A stretch of DNA of 64,000 nt, taken from contig OZ219753.1 of the NCBI GenBank assembly GCA_964291315.2, positions 2,240,001 through 2,304,000 on the forward strand, given 5' to 3'. The notes under the pieces were generated by a model. It searched no databases and had not been told where the DNA came from. It saw only the letters and a list, made by a program, of their open reading frames with translations. Source of the DNA: Candidatus Poribacteria bacterium. Its GTDB lineage: Bacteria > Poribacteria > WGA-4E > WGA-3G. Of this stretch, positions 40,724 to 51,023 are shown piece after piece. Each line of letters starts with the position of its first letter. The first letter of the stretch is position 1. The position numbers and the translations under genes were made by a program.

Positions 40724-42043
40724 CTATTTGAACAATTCTTCTATAACCGAACCATCGTCAACCACTCGAATCGGTCGGCCCGAACGAGAATAATTCTCCT
40801 CATCAGCATTGATCGCTAGCGCGAAACAGAGCGACGCAAAAAGATCAGGCACGCCGACAGCACCACTGACCACCTGGGTACCATTTTTATTCGTGCTCCC
40901 GATTACCTGTCCACCTCGGGTGCCTCCGCCTGCAACAACAGCGGACCACCCGGTGGTATGATGATCTCTCCCATCGTTGTCATTAATTCTCGGGGTGCGC
41001 CCAAATTCACCGAGCCATAACACAATCGTCTCGTCAAGCACATCGCGTTCAGATAAATCTTTCAAGAGCGTTGAGAACGCCGGGTCGACGACGTTCAGGA
41101 GTTCTTTGGTCCGCTCAAAGTTATTCTGGTGTGTATCCCAACCGTCTAATGAAACTTCCACAAATTTGACACCGGCCTCCACAAGCCGTCGCGCCATCAG
41201 ACAGCCCTGACCAAATTTATTCATACCGTAGGCTTCGCGGACAGCGAGCGGCTCATCATTAAGTTGAAACGCATCTATCTTAGGAGAGTTGATCAGCTGA
41301 TCAGCTTTTTTGTAAACCGCTTCATGTGCTTCCGTGCTGCGCCCTATTCGTTTAGCGATAAAATCTTCCTCAATCGCTCTGAGCATCTTCAGCCGTGCAC
41401 GAAAACGGTGTGTATCCATTTGCGCAGGATACGAGAAGTCTTCCATAGAACGCATCGGATCGTTGATGACAAACGGATCATGTGCAGCACCAAGAAAGCC
41501 GCCAGAATATGTAGGTGCGTTAATATTGACACAATTTGGAAGGTCGGACAGACTATCGTCAAGGTAGTAAGAGGTAAGCGAACCGAGGGTTGGATGCCTA
41601 ACTGCACCACCCGGTGCGTATCCAGTATGCAGTAGGTAGCGGGCGCGTTCATGATTTCCCTCTCGTGAAACCATAGAACGAATGATAGAAAGATGGTGCA
41701 CTTGTTCAGCAATCTGTGGGAGATGTTCGGACACTTGGATGCCTTCAACGCTTGTCGGAATTGCTGCGAAGGGACCACCATTTTTACTACCGGGCTTGGG
41801 GTCGAACGTGTCTATCTGGCTCGCACCACCATTCATGAACAACACAATGCAGTGCTTGGCACGCGGTAGAACGTCCTCAAGCTGCGCCGAACCGCTGGAA
41901 CTGAAGTGCTGCATCGCGACGAGCCCGAGAAAACCTGTAATACTATTTTTGATAAAACAGCGTCGCGAGGTTTTAACATCGGCTAGTGAGCTGTACCACA
42001 ATTCTGGGGCATCGTACTCCGGAACCCACAATTTTGCATCCAT
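40724..42043 (-). CDS. DUF1501 domain protein with Tat-like motif
   Basis: SRRCF; M.GG.SQ.DTFDPKP, GWDTH, EFGRTP..N...GRDH. Confidence 0.9.
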   Translation of the reverse strand: MDAKLWVPEYDAPELWYSSLADVKTSRRCFIKNSITGFLGLVAMQHFSSSGSAQLEDVLPRAKHCIVLFMNGGASQIDTFDPKPGSKNGGPFAAIPTSVEGIQVSEHLPQIAEQVHHLSIIRSMVSREGNHERARYLLHTGYAPGGAVRHPTLGSLTSYYLDDSLSDLPNCVNINAPTYSGGFLGAAHDPFVINDPMRSMEDFSYPAQMDTHRFRARLKMLRAIEEDFIAKRIGRSTEAHEAVYKKADQLINSPKIDAFQLNDEPLAVREAYGMNKFGQGCLMARRLVEAGVKFVEVSLDGWDTHQNNFERTKELLNVVDPAFSTLLKDLSERDVLDETIVLWLGEFGRTPRINDNDGRDHHTTGWSAVVAGGGTRGGQVIGSTNKNGTQVVSGAVGVPDLFASLCFALAINADEENYSRSGRPIRVVDDGSVIEELFK

Positions 42044-42651
42044 ATCGACTCTCCTTATTTCTTACATTCACACTATTTTAACATGTGGATGTCTTATTAA
42101 ACAAGGGAAATCTTCAGATAGGCAGCAGGAGTATCTTTTCCGATGGACGAGATACAGTATATTTAACCTATCTACTGCCGTCATTTGACAGAAAACAGTG
42201 TATCGTCCCCAGGCACCTTTAGCTTTAAAAAGTCTTTTTTACGATTTAAGTGCGCGTTTAGGTGCTGCTGCGAGATGTCAGAGCATTTTAGCGGGGATAG
42301 ATCGCAAGAGAAGTATACGCAAAGTTGCGTGAGAAGTCACGCAACTTTTTTCACTTTTGAAATATTAACGAGCGTAAAAAAATATAACAGAAAAATATAA
42401 AATGAAAGGGGACTGTGAGGCGGGACGAGATCAGAGTCGTGTGCATTAGAGCGTGCAAAACCTGACAGCAAGCGTTCAAAACTGAGGCTTGCTATTTTGA
42501 GAACCGCACGAGGGAGTGTGTCCATCCGTTTTCAGTCTCTTCCAAAAACTTTTGCAAACTATCTCTGATGAAAACGCATGCCCTAACACACATGCGCTGA
42601 CTCTCTCCGAATTTTAGCAAGCACTTCTCCGAGCGTTTTTATCTCCATGGA

Positions 42652-43536
42652 TTAACGGTCAGATTGCTCCTTTTGCCGTTGCTGCCACTTTTGAAAATCT
42701 CGAAGTCGTTTTTCATGTTTTTTACGTGCCTCCCCCTCCGCATCAACTGAGTTATAATAAACGTAGTTCAGGAAAGTCGTATCAGTGGAGAAAGCAGAGC
42801 GGATCCTATGAAAAAGGAGCGGATATTGGATAGCTACCCATAACAGACCATCGTCAACGTTTCCATGCTTTTCAAAGAGACCTCTTATCCTTTCCGCATC
42901 TGCTGTCAGCTGCACTTCTACCATGTTGAGAATCGGCATATTGTAATCGCGGATGATTTGTGTCATTAACCAACCAGACATCTCGACCTCCGCATTGATG
43001 CCGAATCGGGTCTCCAGCATTTTCCGGAATAGTGGGCTCCTCATAAATTTCGCTTTGCTTGGCAACTGCAAACGTATATCGTGTTCACGTATCGGTTTAT
43101 CAGCCCCTCGTTTTATAGCTCTGTCAACCCACCCATCAGTCACTTCACGGTGAACAAGAAAATGTTCGGTGTCCTCGACTTCTGCTCCTGTTTCAACCCG
43201 AAAGTGCTCAGTATAGAAAGGTAGATAATGGTCTTTGGGAGGGAGTATCTTGTTAACAGGGTCCTCAAAGTTAACGATCTCCTCAAACCCTTGAATCGCT
43301 TTTGCGTTCGGATAGGCTTCGGCAAGGAAGGCGTGATATTCGGGACTTGCAGCGAGTTTGTGAACGGTTTTCAGGTCCTTATCTAATATCTCACCGGGGA
43401 ATAGTTTTCTAAGAATATCGCTCGTTTTTTTCTCAAGGGCTGTCGGTTCGGGGATGCTATCTGTGTATTCTGCAGCATTCACAGATATACCGAGACTTAT
43501 CAAAAGGAATAGGCAAACTGTCTTTAAAACTTTCAT
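42652..43536 (-). CDS. Secreted hypothetical protein
   Basis: Signal peptide MKVLKTVCLFLLISLGISVNA; ATG overlaps the upstream TAA. Confidence 0.75.
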   Translation of the reverse strand: MKVLKTVCLFLLISLGISVNAAEYTDSIPEPTALEKKTSDILRKLFPGEILDKDLKTVHKLAASPEYHAFLAEAYPNAKAIQGFEEIVNFEDPVNKILPPKDHYLPFYTEHFRVETGAEVEDTEHFLVHREVTDGWVDRAIKRGADKPIREHDIRLQLPSKAKFMRSPLFRKMLETRFGINAEVEMSGWLMTQIIRDYNMPILNMVEVQLTADAERIRGLFEKHGNVDDGLLWVAIQYPLLFHRIRSAFSTDTTFLNYVYYNSVDAEGEARKKHEKRLRDFQKWQQRQKEQSDR

Positions 43537-43852
43537 TACTTATTCTCCTTGGGAAGTTTTGACTGTCTTCTTTTTTCACGGAGTTGTGCAAGGCGTTCGC
43601 GGACTTTTTCCATGCGTTCTTTGCAACAGGGACACTCCTTCTTTTTTTCTACCGTAGCAGTTATTTGTGTGGTTTCTCTGTGGTTCTCAGAAATATCTAC
43701 GATAACCTGTGGTTTCTCTGTGGTGGGGATCTGCCCTGTTTTGGTGCTGTTCTGCTTATATCGGGGGAGTAGTTCGCGTATCCGATGCAGATTACTCCTA
43801 GTCCGATGAGGGCTATGAGACATACAGCGTAAAAGATGTGTTTGTCTTTCAT
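43536..43852 (-). CDS. Small membrane-anchored protein with CPCC motif, frameshifted at the C5 run (43763-43767)
   Basis: ATG 43852 (TAATG coupling) gives MKDKHIFYAVCLIALIGLGVICIGYANYSP; one extra C joins it to ..RYKQNSTK..KKKECPCCKERMEK..ENK*, whose TAA overlaps the next ATG. Confidence 0.6.
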
Positions 43853-43942
43853 TATTCCTTCTCCTTCTGGCGTTGGATGCGGTCTTCAATGTATGTGGCG
43901 AGCTCGGGATCAGCCTCTTTAAGCTTGCGGAGTCCCTCTTGA
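43813..43942. repeat. 130-bp exact direct repeat, copy 1
   Basis: Identical to 45075-45204 by direct comparison. Confidence 0.95.
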
Positions 43943-44934
43943 AGTCCGTGTTGTGTTAAAGTCCGCATGCCAGCATTAAGACGTTCGGCTGAGAAGCTTT
44001 CACGGAGAGCCGTTTCAAAATCAGCATTGGTGGGCAAGTCAGGTATATCTGCTAGAATGTCCTTTATGGGCTTTGTCTCAAGTTCTTCTATAGGGCGTGC
44101 TATCTGCTTCGGACCCGTTAAATCCTCGGTGTCTTCACGTTGCACCGCTTCGGTACCGCTGTTTTCCGTGGCAACGTCGGTGGGTTTTGGTTCAGCCGCC
44201 AAGTTAGCAGGCGTTGCGGGAGGTAAGGTATCGGTGTCTAGAGACGTAAATTCTGCGACAATACTAGCTGCGTTTTTTTGAATTTCCTGTCCCCACTCGT
44301 ATTCGCCTTCAAACCCATTGAAATATCCACGGCTCCAGATGCCATTTGCCCGGTCTGCGTTGAATATTCTCAGAACCTCTGTGACATCTCTAGAGGGGTC
44401 TTCAAGAAAGAGTTCGGCAATGTAGTGGCGCATCATGGGCTCATAATCCGCGTATTCGCCGGTTGGGAAGTATTCACGAAAGAATGTTTCCTGTACTCGT
44501 CTACCGGTATGCGGTATTCCTAGTTCCTCCAAGAGTTCCCACCAGAGGACGACGTTGAACCCGGGTTTTTCATCTTGCTTTCTGACGTATTCCAAGTGTT
44601 CGGGCGAGTCCAGAATGCGTTTCAGTTCTTCCATCCGGGGTTCACCATCTTTCCAGCCCCATCCAACACGCATTATTTCGAGACGTTCTTCTTTCGCTAT
44701 TTCTGCCCTTTCTTCTAAAGTGAGCGTTTCCTTCCGTTTTTTCCTTTCTGCTTGTGGCGGTTCATCGTCTGATTCTTCCGTTATTTTTGTCGCCTGTGAT
44801 GTTTCGACTGTGCGTGGTTCAGTTTGTGTCTTCACCGGGGCAGAGTCTCTTGGCCGGAAGGCAAACCAGCTAATAACGCAGAGTCCGATGACGATAGTGA
44901 TGATGCTAATGCTATAGACAGGTCTCATCTTCAT
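43852..44934 (-). CDS. N-anchored hypothetical protein (paralog A; start MKMRP)
   Basis: TM anchor, low-complexity linker, C-terminal GLRKLKEADPELATYIEDRIQRQKEKE; AAGGA RBS. Confidence 0.8.
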   Translation of the reverse strand: MKMRPVYSISIITIVIGLCVISWFAFRPRDSAPVKTQTEPRTVETSQATKITEESDDEPPQAERKKRKETLTLEERAEIAKEERLEIMRVGWGWKDGEPRMEELKRILDSPEHLEYVRKQDEKPGFNVVLWWELLEELGIPHTGRRVQETFFREYFPTGEYADYEPMMRHYIAELFLEDPSRDVTEVLRIFNADRANGIWSRGYFNGFEGEYEWGQEIQKNAASIVAEFTSLDTDTLPPATPANLAAEPKPTDVATENSGTEAVQREDTEDLTGPKQIARPIEELETKPIKDILADIPDLPTNADFETALRESFSAERLNAGMRTLTQHGLQEGLRKLKEADPELATYIEDRIQRQKEKE

Positions 44935-44957
44935 TTTAGCTTCCTTTGAATAGAGGG

Positions 44958-44982
44958 CAGTTGTGCCCATGGGGCACAACTG
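44958..44982. repeat. Perfect 11-bp hairpin
   Basis: CAGTTGTGCCC-ATG-GGGCACAACTG. Confidence 0.7.
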
Positions 44983-45074
44983 TTGATTTAAAGTTGGAAC
45001 TAATAACACTCATTGTAATATTGGTAACAAGCATTTCCTGCTTCTCTTTGTGCATCCAAGCATTCAGCTGAAGT

Positions 45075-45204
45075 CTATGAGACATACAGCGTAAAAGATG
45101 TGTTTGTCTTTCATTATTCCTTCTCCTTCTGGCGTTGGATGCGGTCTTCAATGTATGTGGCGAGCTCGGGATCAGCCTCTTTAAGCTTGCGGAGTCCCTC
45201 TTGA
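45075..45204. repeat. 130-bp exact direct repeat, copy 2
   Basis: Identical to 43813-43942. Confidence 0.95.
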
Positions 45205-46196
45205 GGTCCGTATTGATTCAATGTCTTCATAGCACGGTTGAAACGATCGGGTGAAAACTGAGCCCGGAGAGCCTTTTCAAGGCTTTTGTGGATTCGTAAC
45301 TCGGGAGACTCGGGAACTGGAGACGTTAGCGTATCAACGCCTCCCTGCTGCGTAGGGACATCATCGCTGATTGTCTTTTCAACCGGTGAAGGGGTGTCTG
45401 GAAGCGAACGAGTGACCACAGGTGTTTGCCGGTCCCCTGGTAGTAATTTCATTTCCGATTGGGGGCGCTCCGATCCTATGGAATCGTTGATGCGGGCAGC
45501 GGGGCCTTTCTCCTCGGCGGCCAAATACTTTTCCCGCTCGGCTATACGTATCTCTTCAAAGGTCAAACTAGTCCAATCTTGAGAGGAAGGAGGCAGAGAA
45601 CCAAACTTTTTTTCTACCCACGAGAGATACTTCTCGTCTGATAAAAGCTCTATCAAAACAGAAGAGTTACGACGCAGAGAGTATTCCTCTTCCTTATGGT
45701 GTTGATGTTTAAGGATCGCGTCTCTCATCATGGATCGGATAATAGGTTCATTCTCATCAACTGTTCCCCTCGGGAAGTGTTTGCGATATAGGCGATCCCT
45801 TACCGCTAGCACCTCTGGGGTTTCTTGAAAAAAACCGAAACTTTTGCTTTTTTCAAACCACTCATCGGAGGACGGCATGTTATCGAAAAATGCACGACCT
45901 TCTTCGGATTCTACATACATCAACCACCGTTGGAACTTGGGATCGTCGATCTCCTTGGTAATTTCCTTGATAGTCTCAATCATAAAGTCACTCGGTCTCT
46001 CATGAGGGTGGGGGTGTGAGGTATCCTCGGCATGGATGTGAGGATCCCCCTGGTGTGGAGCTTCAGGACGACTCGGCCCCGTTTCATGCGTTTGCATTGT
46101 CTTCTCTGATGCTGTTCGTCTATGGAAAAACCGAAGCACGCTAATGAAGAGAACAACACTGATAGGGAGAAACAGACAAATTTTCACGACTTTCAT
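45114..46196 (-). CDS. N-anchored hypothetical protein (paralog B)
   Basis: TM anchor, His-rich linker, same C-terminus as paralog A; GAGG RBS. Confidence 0.8.
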   Translation of the reverse strand: MKVVKICLFLPISVVLFISVLRFFHRRTASEKTMQTHETGPSRPEAPHQGDPHIHAEDTSHPHPHERPSDFMIETIKEITKEIDDPKFQRWLMYVESEEGRAFFDNMPSSDEWFEKSKSFGFFQETPEVLAVRDRLYRKHFPRGTVDENEPIIRSMMRDAILKHQHHKEEEYSLRRNSSVLIELLSDEKYLSWVEKKFGSLPPSSQDWTSLTFEEIRIAEREKYLAAEEKGPAARINDSIGSERPQSEMKLLPGDRQTPVVTRSLPDTPSPVEKTISDDVPTQQGGVDTLTSPVPESPELRIHKSLEKALRAQFSPDRFNRAMKTLNQYGPQEGLRKLKEADPELATYIEDRIQRQKEKE

Positions 46197-46332
46197 TTGA
46201 CAGTACCTCTCGCCTCTAAATAAAGAGAAATCTTGAGTATAAGAAAGTCTAACTCTTTCACTTTCTGTTATCCAATGGAGCTACCGACGCTTTTCGGACC
46301 TTAATCTTCTTTCAAACTTAAACTTCTTTAAA

Positions 46333-46361
46333 AGTATAATACATTTTCTATTGTTTGTCAA
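46333..46361 (-). promoter_or_regulatory. Sigma70-type promoter for the paralog operon
   Basis: TTGACA-17 nt-TATACT on the minus strand. Confidence 0.6.
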
Positions 46362-46502
46362 ATTTATTTTAACAACAGTACGAGATGAGGGGTGACACCC
46401 AACCCAGAGGTTTGGCAGGCCCCCTTTTGTGGCATCACCTGTTCGATTCTGCAAGGGAGCTCTCTGTTTAAAGATTGAACCATTTATCAAGTTCGCGTTA
46501 GG

Positions 46503-47273
46503 TTAAATATTTGAACGCGACTGGCACCCATCAACGTTCACACAGGCGCCCGTTACAAGACTCGCCCGCTCCGATGAAAGAAAAACGACGACATTCGCAA
46601 CTTCTTCCGGTTTCCCAAATCTACCGAGCGGCATATCGCTTTTCACGAAAGCCTCCATCTTTTCTGGATCCGCTGCTATCCGGCGCGCCCAACCGCCTCC
46701 TGGAAAGAGTATAGAACCCGGGGCAACACTATTGACGCGGATATTGTCCGGTGCGAGCTCTTTTGCCAACGACTTTGTCATGCTAATCTCAGCCGCTTTT
46801 GCTGCGTTATACGTGATATGTCCGCCGCCTTCTCTGCCGTAAATGGAGGTAATCATCAGAATCGAACCACCGCCCTGCTTTTTCATCTCGGGGATTACCA
46901 GCCGATTAACACGTGTCGCTGAAACCAAATTCAGATCGAGGATCTCATGCCATTCAGTATCTGAAATATCTTCCAGCGGGGTCCAACGACTCCCACCGAC
47001 ATTGTTCACAACGACATCGATCCTGCCGTAAGTTTCCACCGTTTCGTGGATAAACGCCTCAACTTGAGACGTATCTGTGACATCTGTGAGTTTAGCAAAA
47101 ACGCGAGCACCTTTTGCCGTGAGCTCCTCTGTTACACTTTGCAGTGTGGCTTCGGTTCTGCCACAGATGCTCAGGCGTGCCCCCTCATCGGCAAACCCGT
47201 GCGCGATAGCACGTCCAATCCCGCGGCTTGCACCTGTGATGACGACAACGCTCTCTTTTAATCCTAAGTTCAT
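46503..47273 (-). CDS. Short-chain dehydrogenase/reductase
   Basis: TGASRGIG, NNVG, YNAAK, VN.VAPG, P.GR.G.PEE. Confidence 0.95.
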   Translation of the reverse strand: MNLGLKESVVVITGASRGIGRAIAHGFADEGARLSICGRTEATLQSVTEELTAKGARVFAKLTDVTDTSQVEAFIHETVETYGRIDVVVNNVGGSRWTPLEDISDTEWHEILDLNLVSATRVNRLVIPEMKKQGGGSILMITSIYGREGGGHITYNAAKAAEISMTKSLAKELAPDNIRVNSVAPGSILFPGGGWARRIAADPEKMEAFVKSDMPLGRFGKPEEVANVVVFLSSERASLVTGACVNVDGCQSRSNI

Positions 47274-47540
47274 TAGAATCCCTCATTCTTTTGTACGGAA
47301 TACCATTTCTAAAAATTCACGTTACCAATTTCATTAAATAGCGTGTAGCACAACCGAACAGGGTATGCTCCAGTTAAAAAATACATCCATCAGAATAGGT
47401 TCACTTGAAAGCGACCTCTCATGAAGTACATCGCTATTATTATAGTTGAGGTCCCCTGGCATGTCAACCGAATAATTATGGAATGCGGTACGACTCCAAA
47501 TAGCTCTTATCTAACAACCGATAGCCACACGAAAACGCCC

Positions 47541-47569
47541 TTGACAATCTAAAAAGGTTATGGTAAAAT
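47541..47569 (+). promoter_or_regulatory. Sigma70-type promoter
   Basis: TTGACA-17 nt-TAAAAT with TG extension. Confidence 0.65.
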
Positions 47570-47627
47570 ATAATATATTAAGCATATCAGAAAGGTTTTG
47601 CCTGTAACGGAAAAATAGGAAGAAATT

Positions 47628-48086
47628 ATGGCGTACTATATCACTGACGAGTGCATCGGGTGTATGGCATGTTTAACCAACTGCCCGGTTGATGCGATTA
47701 CCGGCGACAGAAACATGCTGCACATCATCGATCCAGACATTTGCATTGACTGCAGCGCCTGCGGGATGGTCTGCCCCGTTGAGGCCATTCGTGATCAATT
47801 CGGTGAAGTGTGTAAGTTCATACGTAGACCGACACATCGCCCCATTGCCGTTATCTACGAAGAGCTCTGCTCAGGATGTGACTTCTGTGTCCATATCTGC
47901 CCATGGGAGTGTCTCGAACTTAAGGACCCCGAAACAGGAGAACATGCCGAGAGCTTCTTCGGCATCTGTGAATTGGTGAAACCCAAGGATTGTGTCGGCT
48001 GCAAGTTGTGTGAAGAAGTCTGTATCAAAGACGCTATCCGCATCGAATCGCCTGTCCTTGTAGAACTAGCGGAAGCTGCAGACTAA
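47628..48086 (+). CDS. Polyferredoxin with four [4Fe-4S] motifs
   Basis: Four CxxCxxCxxxC motifs. Confidence 0.9.
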   Translation: MAYYITDECIGCMACLTNCPVDAITGDRNMLHIIDPDICIDCSACGMVCPVEAIRDQFGEVCKFIRRPTHRPIAVIYEELCSGCDFCVHICPWECLELKDPETGEHAESFFGICELVKPKDCVGCKLCEEVCIKDAIRIESPVLVELAEAAD

Positions 48087-48221
48087 CCTTCTCAAGATTG
48101 AACATAGAGAGGGTTGTGACAATAACGGGAATTTCATCGGGAAAACCTAAACCCTATCGCACCTGTTTATTAGAAACCCGCGTGGCCGACGTTCGCACCT
48201 GTCAAAAACAACCGTTAAAAA

Positions 48222-48869
48222 ATGGCGAACACACATCTTTATAAATCAAACCTCGTTATCGTCATTTCCGGACCGTCCGGATCAGGGAAAAGTACTGTTA
48301 TCAATGCTCTCTGCAAAGCAGATCAAACGCTACAGCTATCTGTCTCTGCAACAACCCGAGAGCCTCGTCCTGGGGAAGTAAATGGGCTTCATTACCATTT
48401 TTTGCCCAGGACGGAATTTGAAAATTATATCCGACAAGACAAATTTTTAGAGTGGGCAGAATACGGTGGCAATCTCTACGGCACCCTTAACTCTGAAATA
48501 ACCGCAGCGCGCAAAGCAGAAAAAGACACTCTCTTAGAGATAGAGGTCGAAGGATCCCTGCAAATCCGAGCACGAGACCTTTTTCCATCAAGAAGTTTCC
48601 TTATTTTTCTGCTACCGCCTTCCTTTACTATATTGGAGAAACGTCTCCGCTACAGGCAAACAGAATCCGAGAAAGAACTAAAACAACGTTTGGACATCGC
48701 GAAATCCGAAATCCTCCAAATTCAGCACTACGATTATTGTGTGAGCAATCCCGAAAACAGTACCCAGCAAGCGGTTAAACAGATTCAGGCCATCATTACC
48801 GCCGAACGTTCCCGGGTTGATGACAAATTGATGAAAACAATCATCCCTCGGTTCAATGTTGATGCATAG
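48222..48869 (+). CDS. gmk: Guanylate kinase
   Basis: SGPSGSGKST, SVSATTR.PRPGE..G..Y.F, EWA...N.YGT. Confidence 0.95.
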   Translation: MANTHLYKSNLVIVISGPSGSGKSTVINALCKADQTLQLSVSATTREPRPGEVNGLHYHFLPRTEFENYIRQDKFLEWAEYGGNLYGTLNSEITAARKAEKDTLLEIEVEGSLQIRARDLFPSRSFLIFLLPPSFTILEKRLRYRQTESEKELKQRLDIAKSEILQIQHYDYCVSNPENSTQQAVKQIQAIITAERSRVDDKLMKTIIPRFNVDA

Positions 48870-48877
48870 ATGTAAGT

Positions 48878-50155
48878 ATGGAATTCAAAGATAGGACCAT
48901 CATTTTAGGTGTCACAGGCGGCATCGCCATCCATAAATCACTTGAGATAGCAAGCCAACTCATCAAGAGCGATGCCGCCCTTCATGTCGTGATGACGCAG
49001 AACGCAGCGCGTCTCGTGCAGCCCTTGCAATTTCAGGTTATCTCACGAAACCCAGTTCTTCTGAACCTATTTGACGCGGGTACAGACTGGAAACCGCCGC
49101 ACATCGATCTCGCCGACCGCGCGGAGCTGCTGGCCATCGTTCCTGCAACAGCAAACCTTATCGGCAAACTCGCAAACGGCATCGCCGATGACGCATTGTC
49201 CACCGTGGCCGTTTCTGTTCACTGTCCAATCCTGATCGCCCCCGCAATGAATGGACACATGTATCATAACCCTTTCGTTCAGGAGAACATAGACAGGTTG
49301 AAAACACACGGATTTCACTTCGTTGAACCCGCAAGCGGGGATCTGGCATGCGGCTATGAAGGCATAGGACGCTTGAATACAGTAGAAACAATCGTCCAAC
49401 GCATCGGTGATATACTCTCTATGCCAAGAATAGACACAACAACGAAAAAAGCAGAAGATATGAAAGGGACACGCGTCCTTGTCACAGCAGGGGCAACGCG
49501 CGAATACATCGACCCTGTCCGATTTATCACTAACCCTTCCAGCGGCAAGATGGGGTACGCCATCGCTGAGGCAGCTGCGTCCCGTGGTGCGGAGGTATGT
49601 CTAGTTAGCGGCAATGCTACTGTTGCCCCGCCCATCGGCATTGAGATCCGACATGTCGAAACAACGCTTGATATGCATCACGCTGTTTTGCAAGTGTTCC
49701 CCGAAGTGGACATCGTCATTATGGCGGGGGCACCTACCGACTACCGACCCCGCGATTTCGCCCCCCACAAAATCAAAAAGTCCACCGATCCACTGATACT
49801 CTCCCTCGAAAGGAACCCAGACATAGCCGAAACGCTTGGCGAACAGAAAACGCACCAAACTCTCGTCTGTTTTGCTGCAGAAACGGAAGAGCTTCTTGAG
49901 AACGCAAAAAAGAAATTAATACATAAGAACTGTGACCTTATTGTCGCGAACGACATACTTGAAGTAGGCGCTGGATTTCAATCTGATACCAATATCGTTA
50001 CCCTGTTGGATAGACACAGTACCTATGAACAATTACCACGCGCTCCGAAACGCGATATAGCGGACGCGATCCTGACAAAGGTCGTTGCTATCCGCAACAG
50101 TCGGAAAGCGGGTTTACAAGCCCTCCTACAAGATGAATCCACAGCAGGTCCGTGA
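48878..50155 (+). CDS. coaBC: Phosphopantothenoylcysteine decarboxylase/synthetase
   Basis: GVTGGIA, PATAN, APAMN, LACG..G.GR, TAG.TRE.IDPVRFI.N.SSGKMG, FAAET. Confidence 0.97.
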   Translation: MEFKDRTIILGVTGGIAIHKSLEIASQLIKSDAALHVVMTQNAARLVQPLQFQVISRNPVLLNLFDAGTDWKPPHIDLADRAELLAIVPATANLIGKLANGIADDALSTVAVSVHCPILIAPAMNGHMYHNPFVQENIDRLKTHGFHFVEPASGDLACGYEGIGRLNTVETIVQRIGDILSMPRIDTTTKKAEDMKGTRVLVTAGATREYIDPVRFITNPSSGKMGYAIAEAAASRGAEVCLVSGNATVAPPIGIEIRHVETTLDMHHAVLQVFPEVDIVIMAGAPTDYRPRDFAPHKIKKSTDPLILSLERNPDIAETLGEQKTHQTLVCFAAETEELLENAKKKLIHKNCDLIVANDILEVGAGFQSDTNIVTLLDRHSTYEQLPRAPKRDIADAILTKVVAIRNSRKAGLQALLQDESTAGP

Positions 50156-50978
50156 TTTTTTTCTCTTCAATCATGCACGCCCCAAAAAGCAATTAGGGCA
50201 AAATTTCCTTGTTAACCCAGAAGTTCTCAATATTATTCTCGAAGCTGCGGAACTCAGAAACAACGATACCGTCATAGAGATCGGAGCGGGGTTAGGGTAT
50301 CTCACTGATACTTTGGCGCGATATGTCAAACGTATAATTGCTATTGAAATAGATGAGCTATTATACAATGCCTTAGCATCGCAATTCTCCATAGACCCAC
50401 ACGTTCAACTCCTCAATGCAGACATCCTCAAACTGGAGCTTAACTCACTCCTTGAATCCAAAAATACATCACACGCCTACAAAGTCATCGCAAATCTGCC
50501 CTACCATATCACAACACCGATCTTATGGAAACTTCTTTCGCATCGGCAACAGATTCATAGCTGTGTCCTAATGATGCAGAAGGAAGTAGCCGAAAGGATT
50601 ATCGCGGCCCCGGGTGGCAAAGACTATGGGGCCCTGACAATTGGTGTTGCCTATCACGCTGAAACGAGGCTAATAGCTGCTCTGTCGCCAGAGAACTTCT
50701 ATCCATCACCGAAGGTAGATTCCGCTCTTCTAAAACTAACGATGCGTGAAAGTTCAAAGGTTAGCATCGAAAATGAAAATCTATTTTTTAAAATAATTCG
50801 AACAGCCTTCAGGGCGCGGCGAAAGATGCTAAAGAATGCATTGGTCAGCGGCAGATTCGTGTCAGCAGCGGCATTGGCGGCAGCATTTGAGGCAACGGGG
50901 ATAGCTCCTGAGCGGCGCGCTGAAACATTAGACATCGCGGAATACGCAGCCCTTACTAATTTTTTGTCTCAGTGTTAG
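50133..50978 (+). CDS. rsmA: 16S rRNA dimethyladenosine transferase (likely start MNPQQ)
   Basis: KK.LGQNFL, EIGAGLG, ANLPY.IT, MQKEVAER, P.PKVDS, RAE.L. Confidence 0.95.
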   Translation: MNPQQVRDFFLFNHARPKKQLGQNFLVNPEVLNIILEAAELRNNDTVIEIGAGLGYLTDTLARYVKRIIAIEIDELLYNALASQFSIDPHVQLLNADILKLELNSLLESKNTSHAYKVIANLPYHITTPILWKLLSHRQQIHSCVLMMQKEVAERIIAAPGGKDYGALTIGVAYHAETRLIAALSPENFYPSPKVDSALLKLTMRESSKVSIENENLFFKIIRTAFRARRKMLKNALVSGRFVSAAALAAAFEATGIAPERRAETLDIAEYAALTNFLSQC

Positions 50979-51023
50979 GTGTTTTTATCGCTACCCACGA
51001 GTTTGGAATTTCCGCCTCTGGAA

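Noticed and set aside
43853-43889. 'MKTASNARRRR' ORF starts (also at 45151)
   Set aside because: Alternative-frame readings of the duplicated 130-bp segment; the real start is the TAATG-coupled ATG
43813-45204. CRISPR or DGR interpretation of the direct repeat
   Set aside because: Only two identical copies, no spacers, no adenine-specific mismatches, and no cas or reverse transcriptase gene in the window
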